This document shows positions 36,401-46,600 of a DNA stretch of 58,925 nt, piece after piece. Both the position numbers and the translations under genes were made by a program. Source of the stretch: Chromera velia (taxonomy: Eukaryota); the NCBI GenBank assembly GCA_018398765.1, contig JAHBMJ010000043.1, positions 1 through 58,925 on the forward strand, written 5' to 3'. The notes under the pieces are model-generated. The model searched no databases. It was not told the origin of the DNA and was given only the letters and a program-made list of their open reading frames with translations. Position 1 is the stretch's first letter, and the number at the start of each line of letters is the position of its first letter.

Positions 36401-38328
36401 GCGAACCCCATGAAAGGAACCTTCGGAATAATACCCCCCCGCGAGGCACCCCCCGAGTCCCTCACCCCGAAGGTTGCCGCCTTCTGTTCCCACTCTCTCT
36501 TCAAGTCCTCGACGAGAGCTCCCTTAACCAGGCCCCGGTCCTAGACATCGCCGAGAGACTTGTTGAAGGTCTCCGCTTGGGCAGCGATGGCATGGATCTC
36601 CTTAGTGATCTCCATTTTGCTGGTGAGGTCCACCGGGTTCTGCCTCTCTTGCCACCTCATGATGAGGTCGTTTGGCAGGTGTGCCGTCAGGAGCCCGAGC
36701 CTGTACTTCACGCCAAGCTCGTGGACGATGTTCTCCTAAACCAGATGGTTTAGGAGACGCTTGTGATACGCCAGCAGCTCTGTGTAGGTACCGAAGCGAC
36801 AGGGCTTGCAGGCAATCCTCTCGTACTCCAGGATGAGAGCAGAGGTCGAGTACTGGATCGTCTTGAAAAAGTGCGCAAAGATCATCGCCACGACCTTATC
36901 TCGCATCTCCGCAAAGGTCCTCAAGACCGATGTCAAGATCTCCTCCAGGGTGTAGGTGATGAGGGGATCCTCAGGGTTATACTTGGGCCTCCCCTGAGAT
37001 CCACTCGACTCCCTAACTCTCAGGAAAGAGAAGATGTCAGGAGCATCCGGAGCCCCGACATCACCAGTATGCACCCCCTCACCTACAAACACCGTCGCAA
37101 GATCAGAGGGAGACACAGCAGGATACACCCCCCCACCTGTAAGGGGGGTCATCTGGAATACCGAAGGCAGGCGACCTTCAGCAGCACCCCCAGCGATACC
37201 CTTGGCCTGGGGGGAAGAAGAGAGCACGTCTATTTCCTTACGGAGTTTGTCGGCCTGCTCGTTCAGAGCAAACCCATCAGACGCCAGCTGGTCAATATGA
37301 CCATGCAGGGTCGCTACCAGCGTATCCCTGTCAGCCTTCCCAGCGTCGAAGACCTCTTTCTTCTTGGCCCAGGATACCAGCTCTGATGTGTACGCCTCCT
37401 TCCCTTCAGACCCCTCAGGGAAATTGTCCCTCCTGGGTATGCTACTCATCACTTCATTCTCCCCCTTCTGGATCTCCAGAATTCGGAGCTTGTCAGCACC
37501 CCGTGCGGCTTCCAGACCCGATATCTGGGCCACAAGGTCCTCGTACTACTTCTTTTTTATCTCCAGCAGGGTGGTGTCAGGTCGCACACCGACCACCTGC
37601 ACCCCCCCACTGGAACTGCTACTGCTACTGCTACGGCGGTCCCACTCATCAGAGGCCGGACGCTGCTCACTGAACACAGGGACGGACATCTGACAGGAGG
37701 TGTCTGGTATCGCTCCTGTCTCCTCCTCCGTCTTCACTTTCGTCTCTGTTGAAACTCTCTCATAGAGCTTTCCACCTAAAAAAAACATAACAGGGCGAGA
37801 CAGGGAGAGGGAAGATGGTTCCTTCAGAGTCTGCAGGCAGAGGATCTGTTCATTCAGAGCCTTCAACTGGGGACCAGAGATTCTCTCCTTCTCTTGGCGT
37901 GAGAGAAGCTCCCTGATTTCCATGATCCTCACCTTGCCCATTCTCAGGACATCGGTCCGCTGTAGATATCTCTTCATCCACTCCGCATCGGGCGGAGAGA
38001 CGGAGTCCACAACGTGCCTGTGAAAAATCCGGAGCTGCTCAGAGATATCCAAGCTGAGGTGGGGCACCCGTTCCACCACCTTCTCCAGCACTTCCACCTC
38101 GGTCCTTGCGACGTAGTGCTTAACGTTGACCCCCACCTTGTTCCTGTTGGTGAGGGTGAGCCCGCTGCACCACTTATCCGAGTCCCCGAGAATGGCCACA
38201 GCATCTACATATTGCCGTACCCACTCGATAATGTCCGCATCGTCCGTGAGGCCGAAGACGCCCACGGTCTTCACCTCCATACCCTTGATCGCGACGCACC
38301 CATGTGGAGCGTCCTTCTTGGGACCCAT
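27443..38328 (-). pseudogene. Copia Gag-Pol polyprotein, ~3,630 codons, with about 20 in-frame stops and 3 frameshifts
   Basis: Listed ORFs chain in frame through single stops from ATG 38328. Zinc knuckle CPSCRTMGHAPNNC (~35790-35830); protease YIDSCT (D at 34720-34722); IN zinc finger LHACYGH...(C/Y)PLC (~33450-33560); IN core VDI / MDGE / VERCIR (33350-33020); RT KARFFAKGF, ADVTTAFL, FYGL, WIDD (28401-28412); RNase H WATKR...SSTAGE...YTDS...NVANVMTK. Frameshifts near 33685, 31715 and 27890. Confidence 0.9.
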
Positions 38329-38398
38329 GGTAAGTCACCTGCAGTAGGGAATCGGGAATACAACAAGGGGAATGTTGTCGGAATGACAACGGGAGACT

Positions 38399-38416
38399 CC
38401 CTCAGTGACGGCGCCA
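38399..38416 (-). other. Primer-binding site TGGCGCCGTCACTGAGGG
   Basis: Begins TGG (complement of tRNA CCA) at the end of the 5' LTR. It resembles the tRNA-Asp-type PBS TGGCGCCGTTGCCGGGG of plant Athila elements; tRNA identity here is inference. Confidence 0.8.
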
Positions 38417-39126
38417 GTGAAAAGTAGAGTCTCACCTCTCTTGAGATTCCTCCAGTGGAATCCTATGGGCCCTCCCGTATCGATCCTCTAGCCTATCCAG
38501 AGGACTCCTCAAACTGCTATACTCCCGAATTCCTGGCCCTCTCCTATTAGAGGAGCACAGCGAATACGTCTCCATGACGTACTCGTCTAGACCGATACAA
38601 ATAATCAAAAATAAATACCTGATCAGTCTCTTCACCAGACAGAAAATCTATGAACTCCCACAGTCCATAGTATGCTCCTGCTGGTGGCCTTGTGTATTAC
38701 TCAGAGCACAAGAGAACTACAGAAAGACACAGGACATAGTACAGATCCTACCCATGAAGCTCTATCAATCCCTAAGTCACGTCTCTCATTCAGACGGACG
38801 ATAACCGCCGTGCACGTCTGTCTGACTGTCTGGAAATTAATTCGGGACCGGAATTAATTCTGATGCCTCCGATGGCATAACTGCACCATCGGCCTATTTA
38901 AATCCCATATGAACCCCCGGAGCACACACCACTACGGTGAGTGCCTCGGGTATATTTCTAACGCCAAAGTGCATGCGGGCCATACCATGGAACTCACAAC
39001 ATGCACACCTCTGTCGCAGGCGTCCCGCCACCCCATGTGGACGGGCCTCTGCGTGCGCGTCGCTCCCTTTTCTGGCTCGGGGCGAAGGGATGAATAGAAA
39101 TGCCAGGACCATCGTTTACTTTCACA
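38416..39126 (-). repeat. 5' LTR (711 bp)
   Basis: Direct repeat of 24006-24716, followed on the minus strand by the PBS. Confidence 0.95.
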
Positions 39127-40152
39127 ACTGTTGTTTAGCTATTGCATGCACAGGTGTTGTGCAAGTATTGCAACTTGAAGGTGTTGCAGGCAAAAAAAAA
39201 AAAAATGTAGATAACTCGTTTTTCTAGAACTTTTTTAAAGTGTTTTTTTTTTTTGCTGTGACATGCCTAGATTCCCCTAGGAAGTTGTTAGAAAAGTAAT
39301 AGAAAACTGTTCATCATATTGTTATCATTATATACCATCTAACACTATCGCTATAGCCTATCGGCTTAGTAAGTTAGTATGAATATACTTATAAACTTGA
39401 CTAGGAACTTGAATAAGGCGTCTATAGCCTAGCGTCTAGCGTTCCTGGCTAGCGTTCAACGGCAATGCATGAGGGGCATGATGAAGCAGTTTCTAGGACA
39501 TGCAGTTCGGTTTATTATAAGAGCAGTTCACTTCGATAGAAAAGCTAATAAAAGAGTGATAGAAATTAAAAGTTAGATAAATGACTATATGTGCAAGCTA
39601 GACATTAAAAACAAATAAAAAATTGGAAAAACAAACAAAATAAAAAACGGTCAAGTATTAAATATTTGAACAACTACTATAAAGGGGGGGTATCTCAAAA
39701 ATTATGTTATCCTACACTTTAGAAACCTCACAAAAAAATGAAACTAATATTTTTCCGTCTTTTAAACATATAAAATTTAAGAGTTGACTTTTCATAAAGT
39801 TTATACCACTTTTGCACCTGATGGATCGTCTTCTAAAACTTTAATTACTCGAATTAGTACCCTTGTTCAGCCCCCTACCAGGCATTTATCGCCTTTTGGC
39901 ATCTTCATCTGTGTTCTACGCATTATTCATCAATAAATTATTACCAAAGCTGTACACTTGGCTACTGTCTTCTTTCCAGTCTTCTGCCGACCTTGTTATC
40001 ATCTTTATAACTCGTTAAGACCTCCAGTGCCATATGCAGTGCTCAAACATAAAATTATTATTGAAACTAAATTATTTTATTATTTTATTTTGCCAGTGCA
40101 AATTACATCATTTAGCCTAGCATGTAACAATGAAAAACTCTAATGAAATCTG

Positions 40153-41400
40153 ATGGATGAATAAATGAATGAATGAATGAATGAATGAATGACTATAGCC
40201 ATCGGAGCCTAGCTCCTGGCAGTCCATGTTCATGCAAGTCTGATTGATAGAAAATAAATTGGAAAAAACGTGATTGAGGTTTTTGTTATGTATGCCGCGT
40301 CCCCGTGTATAAGAGGCGGATCTAGCTTAGTCTGTCAAAAGGTTCCGGTTTATCCCGTCTGTTCTAAATCTAGGAACACTGCTCATTGATCACTTTTACT
40401 GCGGCTTATTTCTCTAGCAACAGTAGAGTAGGACTCGGAGAATAACGAAAAGAGGGGAGAGGCAGGGCAAAAACTTTCTAAAAGTTTGTCTCCTTGGCAA
40501 AGGCTACCCTTTGACAGCGGAAAACAACTTTAAAAAGACCCTTCCCATTAATTTGCCCCTTATTTTCTCAACCGTCTTTTCTTCCTTTCCTTTCATGCCC
40601 TTGCCCCCCCCTTTTTTTTTTTCTCTTCTTGTTTGTATACAAAGAATCAATCACAAAAGGATCACTTAGTTTGCACCCTCCGAGTTGAAAGACCCAGAGA
40701 ACGCTGCGACCTCCCTACCGAGAAAGCACTTAGGCTAGAAGGGCCCTCTAGTTCCTCTCCTGCTATGAATTGAACAGAGAAGATTTGCGGCAATGAAACG
40801 CTAAAGCATGCAGAAAAGAACTTTATAATACCAGTCCATCAGCCTTGTCTGCACTGCCTCGTCTCCCTCTCCTTTTCTCACTCTTCCGGCCCCCAACTTC
40901 ATCATCTCTTTCAAAAAACGAATTATCCCCCCTCCTGGTCTCCCATATGTCTTAAACATAAGAAGAACAAACCGAAATCCGATTTCATGACAGATCTCAC
41001 CATACCTGTCGTTTTTGACCTTCTCCATCACCTTTGCTGCTAACCCTGCTGTTTTTGTGAATCTTTGCAGGCGGTTGGCATCAATTAAGAATAGATGGGT
41101 CACTGCGACGTGTCCTAGTATGGTATCTCCTGATGGGAGACCTGCAAGGAAATCGGGACGTTTCTGTCTCTCATTGATGAGATAGGTAGGAGTAGATAAG
41201 CCTAGCTGTGCGAAGGTTGGCTCCCTTATTACATAGCAATGACAGAGCCCCTGCAAAAGAGAGCAGAATACATCTTTCATCTGTTCATGTCTCCACCATA
41301 CACCCCCTCCCGTGCTATAAGCCTGTGCATGCTAGCCCTCATGGTTCAGCATGGCCCCACAAGCACAGATCGGGTTCTGTTTGATTTTTGGGATGGGAAA
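40153..41400 (-). mobile_element. 5'-truncated CRE-like non-LTR retrotransposon (zinc knuckle, restriction-like endonuclease, 3' UTR, (TTCA)n end)
   Basis: CACGAMLNHEG*HAQAYSTGGGVWWRH (41280-41370) in frame with REP...RPD...HVAVTH...EKVKNDRY...FRFVLLMFKTYGRPG...ML*RFIAANL (ORF 40801-41280). Minus-strand (TTCA)n tract at ~40153-40191. Confidence 0.8.
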
Positions 41401-41579
41401 AAATGATAAAAAAATGGAAATAAAAATAAAATATAGGGTTAGTAAATGCCGTCAGACGGCGTCAGTGCCGAATGTCGATCAACATTTGCAACACCTCTAG
41501 TGCTAACATTGGCATTTGAAACGGCATTTTATAGCCAAAGTGGCATTTAGTATACAGTATATGATAATAATTATGACTG

Positions 41580-43460
41580 TCAATCCAACCATTAGAAGAA
41601 GAAAGAAAGCCACCAAGGTTGGCCGTCTCCTTCTCTTAAGAGCAGTGATCAACCGGGAAGTTGATAAATAGATTGATGGTTGTCTAGAAAGGGCCGCTTC
41701 ACGGGGGGTGGTTTTATAGTTTGGCAGAGGCGTCAGACCGAATGTGTTCTAAACGTCTTATCCTACTGCCTAACGTTCGTCTCTCCTCTTCCTTTCCTCT
41801 ACTTTTCCTTCATCCCCTTCGTCCCCCCGTTTCGTTTCCCTCCCTCGCGCTGCGATCTGGTCCTCAGGCCCTTTTTCAGCCTTGCTGTATATGTTGCTTG
41901 GTGGTCGCCCCCATGCACCGTACAGAGGGCTGGAAGACGCGGTTTGCCCTGCATGCAGGGGCAAAGCAGACGATCTACTGCACTGACTGACTAAATGCAC
42001 AGAAACAAGAGCAGATCGAGAGGCTCTGAATGCAATTGTAACCGAAATTGAAGCCAAATTAGACAGGGCCCAAGAAATAGAGAGAAAGTGGTTGCTATTG
42101 AAAGACTCTACCCCTCTAAAACATGCTACGCAAAGCGAATTGTTGGCACAAATGAAGGTCACCCTGGCACTTAGACACTCACCCATACCGGCCCTGCGAT
42201 TCTTGCGAAACATCTGTCTGCGCCCTCCATCGTAAGGCCTGCGATTCGATGCATATGCTAGTTACTTACCTCTCTTCCCGTCTCACCTTTGAATGTTCTT
42301 TTTCCACCTCCCACGTACATCTCCCGTCCCCCCTCTCCACTGGTCTTCCTGTCTGCCTCTACTGCCTGAGAGTCTCTGTTGCAGTTGTCGCACTCCTCCC
42401 ACAGAAGGGAAACGACATCAGCGATTTAGAAAGCATCTTCTAGATGNNNNNNNNNNNNNNNNNNNNNNNNNNNNNNNNNNNNNNNNNNNNNNNNNNNNNN
42501 NNNNNNNNNNNNNNNNNNNNNNNNNNNNNNNNNNNNNNNNNNNNNNNNNNNNNNNNNNNNNNNNNNNNNNNNNNNNNNNNNNNNNNNNNNNNNNNNNNNN
42601 NNNNNNNNNNNNNNNNNNNNNNNNNNNNNNNNNNNNNNNNNNNNNNNNNNCGAATGTGTTCCAAACGTCTTATCCTACTGCCCAACGTTCGTCTCTCCTC
42701 TTCCTTTCCTCTACTTTTCCTTCATCCCCTTCGTCCCCCCGTTTCGTTTCCCTCCCTCGCGCTGCGATCTGGTCCTCAGGCCCTTTTTCAGCCTTGCTGT
42801 ATATGTTGCTTGGTGGTCGCCCCCATGCACCGTACAGAGGGCTGGAAGACGCGGTTTGCCCTGCATGCAGGGGCAAAGCAGACGATCTACTGCACTGACT
42901 GACTAAATGCACAGAAACAAGAGCAGATCGAGAGGCTCTGAATGCAATTGTAACCGAAATTGAAGCCAAATTAGACAGGGCCCAAGAAATAGAGAGAAAG
43001 TGGTTGCTATTGAAAGACTCTACCCCTCTAAAACATGCTACGCAAAGCGAATTGTTGGCACAAATGAAGGTCACCCTGGCACTTAGACACTCACCCATAC
43101 CGGCCCTGCGATTCTTGCGAAACATCTGTCTGCGCCCTCCATCGTAAGGCCTGCGATTCGATGCATATGCTAGTTACTTACCTCTCTTCCCGTCTCACCT
43201 TTGAATGTTCTTTTTCCACCTCCCACGTACATCTCCCGTCCCCCCTCTCCACTGGTCTTCCTGTCTGCCTCTACTGCCTGAGAGTCTCTGTTGCAGTTGT
43301 CGCACTCCTCCCACAGAAGGGAAACGACATCAGCGATTTAGAAAGCATCTTCTAGATGTAGGGTATTTAGAGTTGTATGATGCAGGTCTGGCAAAGGGGT
43401 AATAAAGCATTGTCCTAGACTGATGCACTGCATGATGGCCTATAGACCGATTAATAATAA
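41580..43460 (+). mobile_element. 3' fragment of an APE-type LINE (ORF2 C-terminus with zinc finger plus 3' UTR)
   Basis: LLLRAVINREVDK*IDG...LYMLLGGRPH...VCPACRGKADDLLH*LTKC, resembling REVNEWLGD...ICKAC...DDPIHRLTTC of the adjacent minus-strand LINE. AATAAA at ~43401 then (TAA)3(TGA)7. Confidence 0.7.
41739..43358 (+). repeat. 708-bp direct duplication flanking an N gap (41739-42446 and 42651-43358), probably an assembly overlap
   Basis: Copies abut the gap on both sides and differ, as far as I can see, only at two C/T positions near the start. Confidence 0.8.
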
Positions 43461-43637
43461 TGATGATGATGATGATGATGATGTGACTAAACCCGCCAGC
43501 CATCGTATCTCAATGGCAAAGGGCAGTCTGTGAGCATTCATGTCATATTGCAAGCTAGGAGCATGCTAGTGAATGCTTGCCTAAAGCGGCCGAACCTTAA
43601 GACTACTAGTTAGCAAAGCGCTGCTTCCCAGGATCGA

Positions 43638-46600
43638 TCAGTCTGGTCCTAGGCATGCAGCAATGAGGGCACTGGCCTTTCTGATGTCCCTCTGAAGAAG
43701 AAGCGAGAAGTACCACCTTACACGCTCCTCGGCCTGCCCCAACCCTCTACCCCCTCGGGCCTCCTGTTTCTCTCTATGCTCATACACTTCTTCTATCAAC
43801 ATACGCTCCAGTCGCCTATACCAGAGATCGCTCAGTCTCCCCCCGGGCTGCGGCACTTCCGTTCGAACACAAGTTGTCAGGCGGTGAATCGGGTCGTCAA
43901 TCAGTTTTTCACAAGTTTTCTCTTCACAGGCCTTGCAAATTGATTCAACCTTCCCCCCATGGTTTGCTCCCCCTCTAACAACGGCACACAACACAGGGTG
44001 GAAAACTGCCCCGGGGGATGCCAGGAACTGCTTGGCGAGTAGTTCAACCGAAGGAGACCTTAAGCCCCCCTTCCCCTCCACCAGGCTTCCTAGAACCAGT
44101 TTTATAAAGCGTTGGCTGCTTCTATTCTTCTTCTGATAATCAGTCAGGCAGGCAGACGGAGGAAAAGACACGCCATGCATTCTTTGTCTACCTTGTCTCC
44201 CCCCTCTCTTTTCCGTCACGGAGACTGGGTTTGCCTAGTCTCCCAACCATTCGTTGACTTCTCTACTTCTCGCCCCCCTTCTCAGCCTGCTATCTGAGGT
44301 TCTGAAATCAACCTCATCAGGTTCACCTTCAAGAAGGGTAGAACTGACGGGTTGCACAAGCCTTTTTGCCGACCCCGACCACGCCCTAAGCTCCCCCCTC
44401 CTATGGCATGCCCACAGCGCTTGAGGCAAAGCCAATCGCGCAAGGGAAAGACTTCTCAAATACCCCCCCACTCTGACACTGAGAATCTCTCTCATAGGCC
44501 TCAGCCCAACGGCTGCAAGGGTGGGAAAGACAAAAGAATTCCAGGGCAGACGGAGAGACCAATGTACAAAACGAAGCTGAAGAGAGTCTAAGCATTGGAT
44601 ATCAGATTCTCGAATCGGGAGGGCTTCAAGGGAATAAGTGGCGGCGGGTTCCCATATCCCCCTGAAGAGAGACATACGATTATGTGGGGAGAGCATCCCT
44701 ATTAATGCGCACAAAACTATAGCCCCTCCCACTCCCCTCTCTGCAGTTTCAAGTCTGGCAGTCACAGACTTACGAGGGTTCACATCACAGAAGACCTGAC
44801 AACCCAAGTATCTGTAACTTTCTACCCATTCGACCGTCCGACCCTTGAAAAAAATTTCTTCCTCCCCCCCTCTGCCTGCTAATCTCATCACTTTCGTTTT
44901 TTTAAAATTCATTGTCAGACCCTACGTGTCACAATACATGGCCAACCGATCCATTCTCTTTTGGAGGTCGTGGGGGGAGTGCCCAAAGATTATGGGATCA
45001 TCTGCATAACTGATGCTTTCTATCAGAAGGTCTCCTAGCCTCACTTCCTGGGATGAATCCTCCCCTCGATCTCTACTCTGGAGACTAACTAAGATATGCA
45101 AATTATTGATGAAGAGAAGAAATAGGAGAGGAGAGAGAGGGTCACCTTGTTTTACCCCTGTTCCCTCTTCAAACATGCTTTCCGACCCGTCAATCTTCCC
45201 CATGACCTTGATATACATTGCATGGATCATATTAATGTCTCCTTCTGAAAGCCCCTCCTCTTTAAGTCTCTGGATCAATTTCTTTCTGTCAACTCTATCA
45301 AATACTTTGCTAAAGTCCACGAAACACGCGAATAAAGGTCTTTTTTTGTTTTTGGAAGTTTTAGAAAGGGCAAACAAAAAGTATGAATGGCCTCTCTAGT
45401 CCCCACTCCCTTTCTGAATCCTATCTGTCTGTCGTCTATCCTTGCTCTCAGATGGAGACAAGAATCTATCAACAAAGTAAAGAGCTTAGCCAGAAGGGTC
45501 ACTATATGAATAGGCCTCCTGGACCATTCATCCACTAGCGGAGACACGGGGCCTTTAGGGACTGGGACAATGCGAATGAAGTTCTATGTAGACGGCCAGT
45601 AAGAGAAGAGATGAAAGAGATTAAAAAAAATAAAAAGAAGAAAACGGGAGAGACGCGATGACCCGAAACACAGAGCAGCGTGTTTAGGAGAGAGACCCTC
45701 AAGCCCAGCCCCCTTATTTAGATTTACTTTTTTTATGACCGTCTCATATAGGAAAAGGGAGAAGAAAGGAGACTGAGGGGGAAGAGGAGGGCTGGAGGGT
45801 AGGGAGAGGTGGGAAAGTCCCTCTCCTTCAATTTGAAACACCGACGCCCAGAAATTGGAGAAAGCATCTGCCGACGGTCTGTCCCCCGCTCCATCCCCTC
45901 CCATCTGTTGCACCCTCTTCCACTTCCACACCGCTGAGGGGTCCCTAGTGGCCTCCTGGGTAAGACGCTCTACCTGTGCACACGCGTATGCCTTTCTTTT
46001 CCTTGCGATCAACCTTCCCCTTTCCCTTACCAGATTGTCTTTATGTCTCATTCTTTCTTCTCTGGATTTATCATTACTTCGTCTGCCCACTGTTTGTGTT
46101 CTTAGTTCTCTCTCAACCTTCCTTACCCTTTCATTCATTTCTTTACACTTCTGGTCCCACCAAGGGGCAGCTATCTGTCCTTTTCTTTGTTTGTCGGATT
46201 TCTTTCTACCCCTCTGCTTCCTCTCCCCCGGTTGTGCTAACTTCCTTTCCCATTCACCTGCTAGGCCCTTAACTCTCTCAGCCAGGGTCTCAGGGATGGA
46301 CGCAGGAGGGATTGGCTGACTGGGGGGGGAAGGAGGGGGGAAACATGAAAGAGAGGGAGACTATTATGAGATAATTCTGCAGCTTTCTCACCAGTGTCCT
46401 ATAAACCGGGCCAGCATGCCTCAAAAAGCTGTCGAACGGAAGACGCCAGGACAGCTATCTCTTCATCTTTTACAGGTGAGATTCTACACGACTTTTGAAA
46501 AGGGGGTACAAGACTCAATAAGGGATAAGGCACGGAGGCGGGGAGGTCAACGGCTTCTGAGTCGACTAAAGCGAGACCGCAAGAGACTGAGCAGTGTTCC

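Larger units (their letters stand above)
24006..39126 (-). mobile_element. Giant Ty1/copia LTR retrotransposon, 15.1 kb, full length but mutationally inactivated
   Basis: Two 711-bp LTRs, perfect 5-bp TSD ACTGT (24001-24005, 39127-39131), PBS, PPT, and domain order Gag-PR-IN-RT-RH (copia order). Confidence 0.95.
23905..39280. mobile_element. CTAG-terminus MITE (~250 bp of own sequence) split by the copia insertion
   Basis: Ends CTAGGGG (23905) and CCCCTAG (39280); flanks AAAGTTGT and GAAGTTGT (7/8). Internal CAACTGTTG...GGTGTTG motifs resemble those of the MITEs at 21537 and 23336. Confidence 0.6.

Noticed and set aside
27443..38328. Stop-codon reassignment or readthrough (the first eight in-frame stops are all TAG)
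   Set aside because: TGA and TAA stops also interrupt the frame further on, long host ORFs have no internal TAG, and the gap-flanking duplicate shows CAA where the other copy has TAA. Mutation explains the pattern.
41739..43358. Real tandem duplication of a LINE segment
   Set aside because: Both copies end exactly at an N gap and are essentially identical, typical of an unmerged contig overlap.
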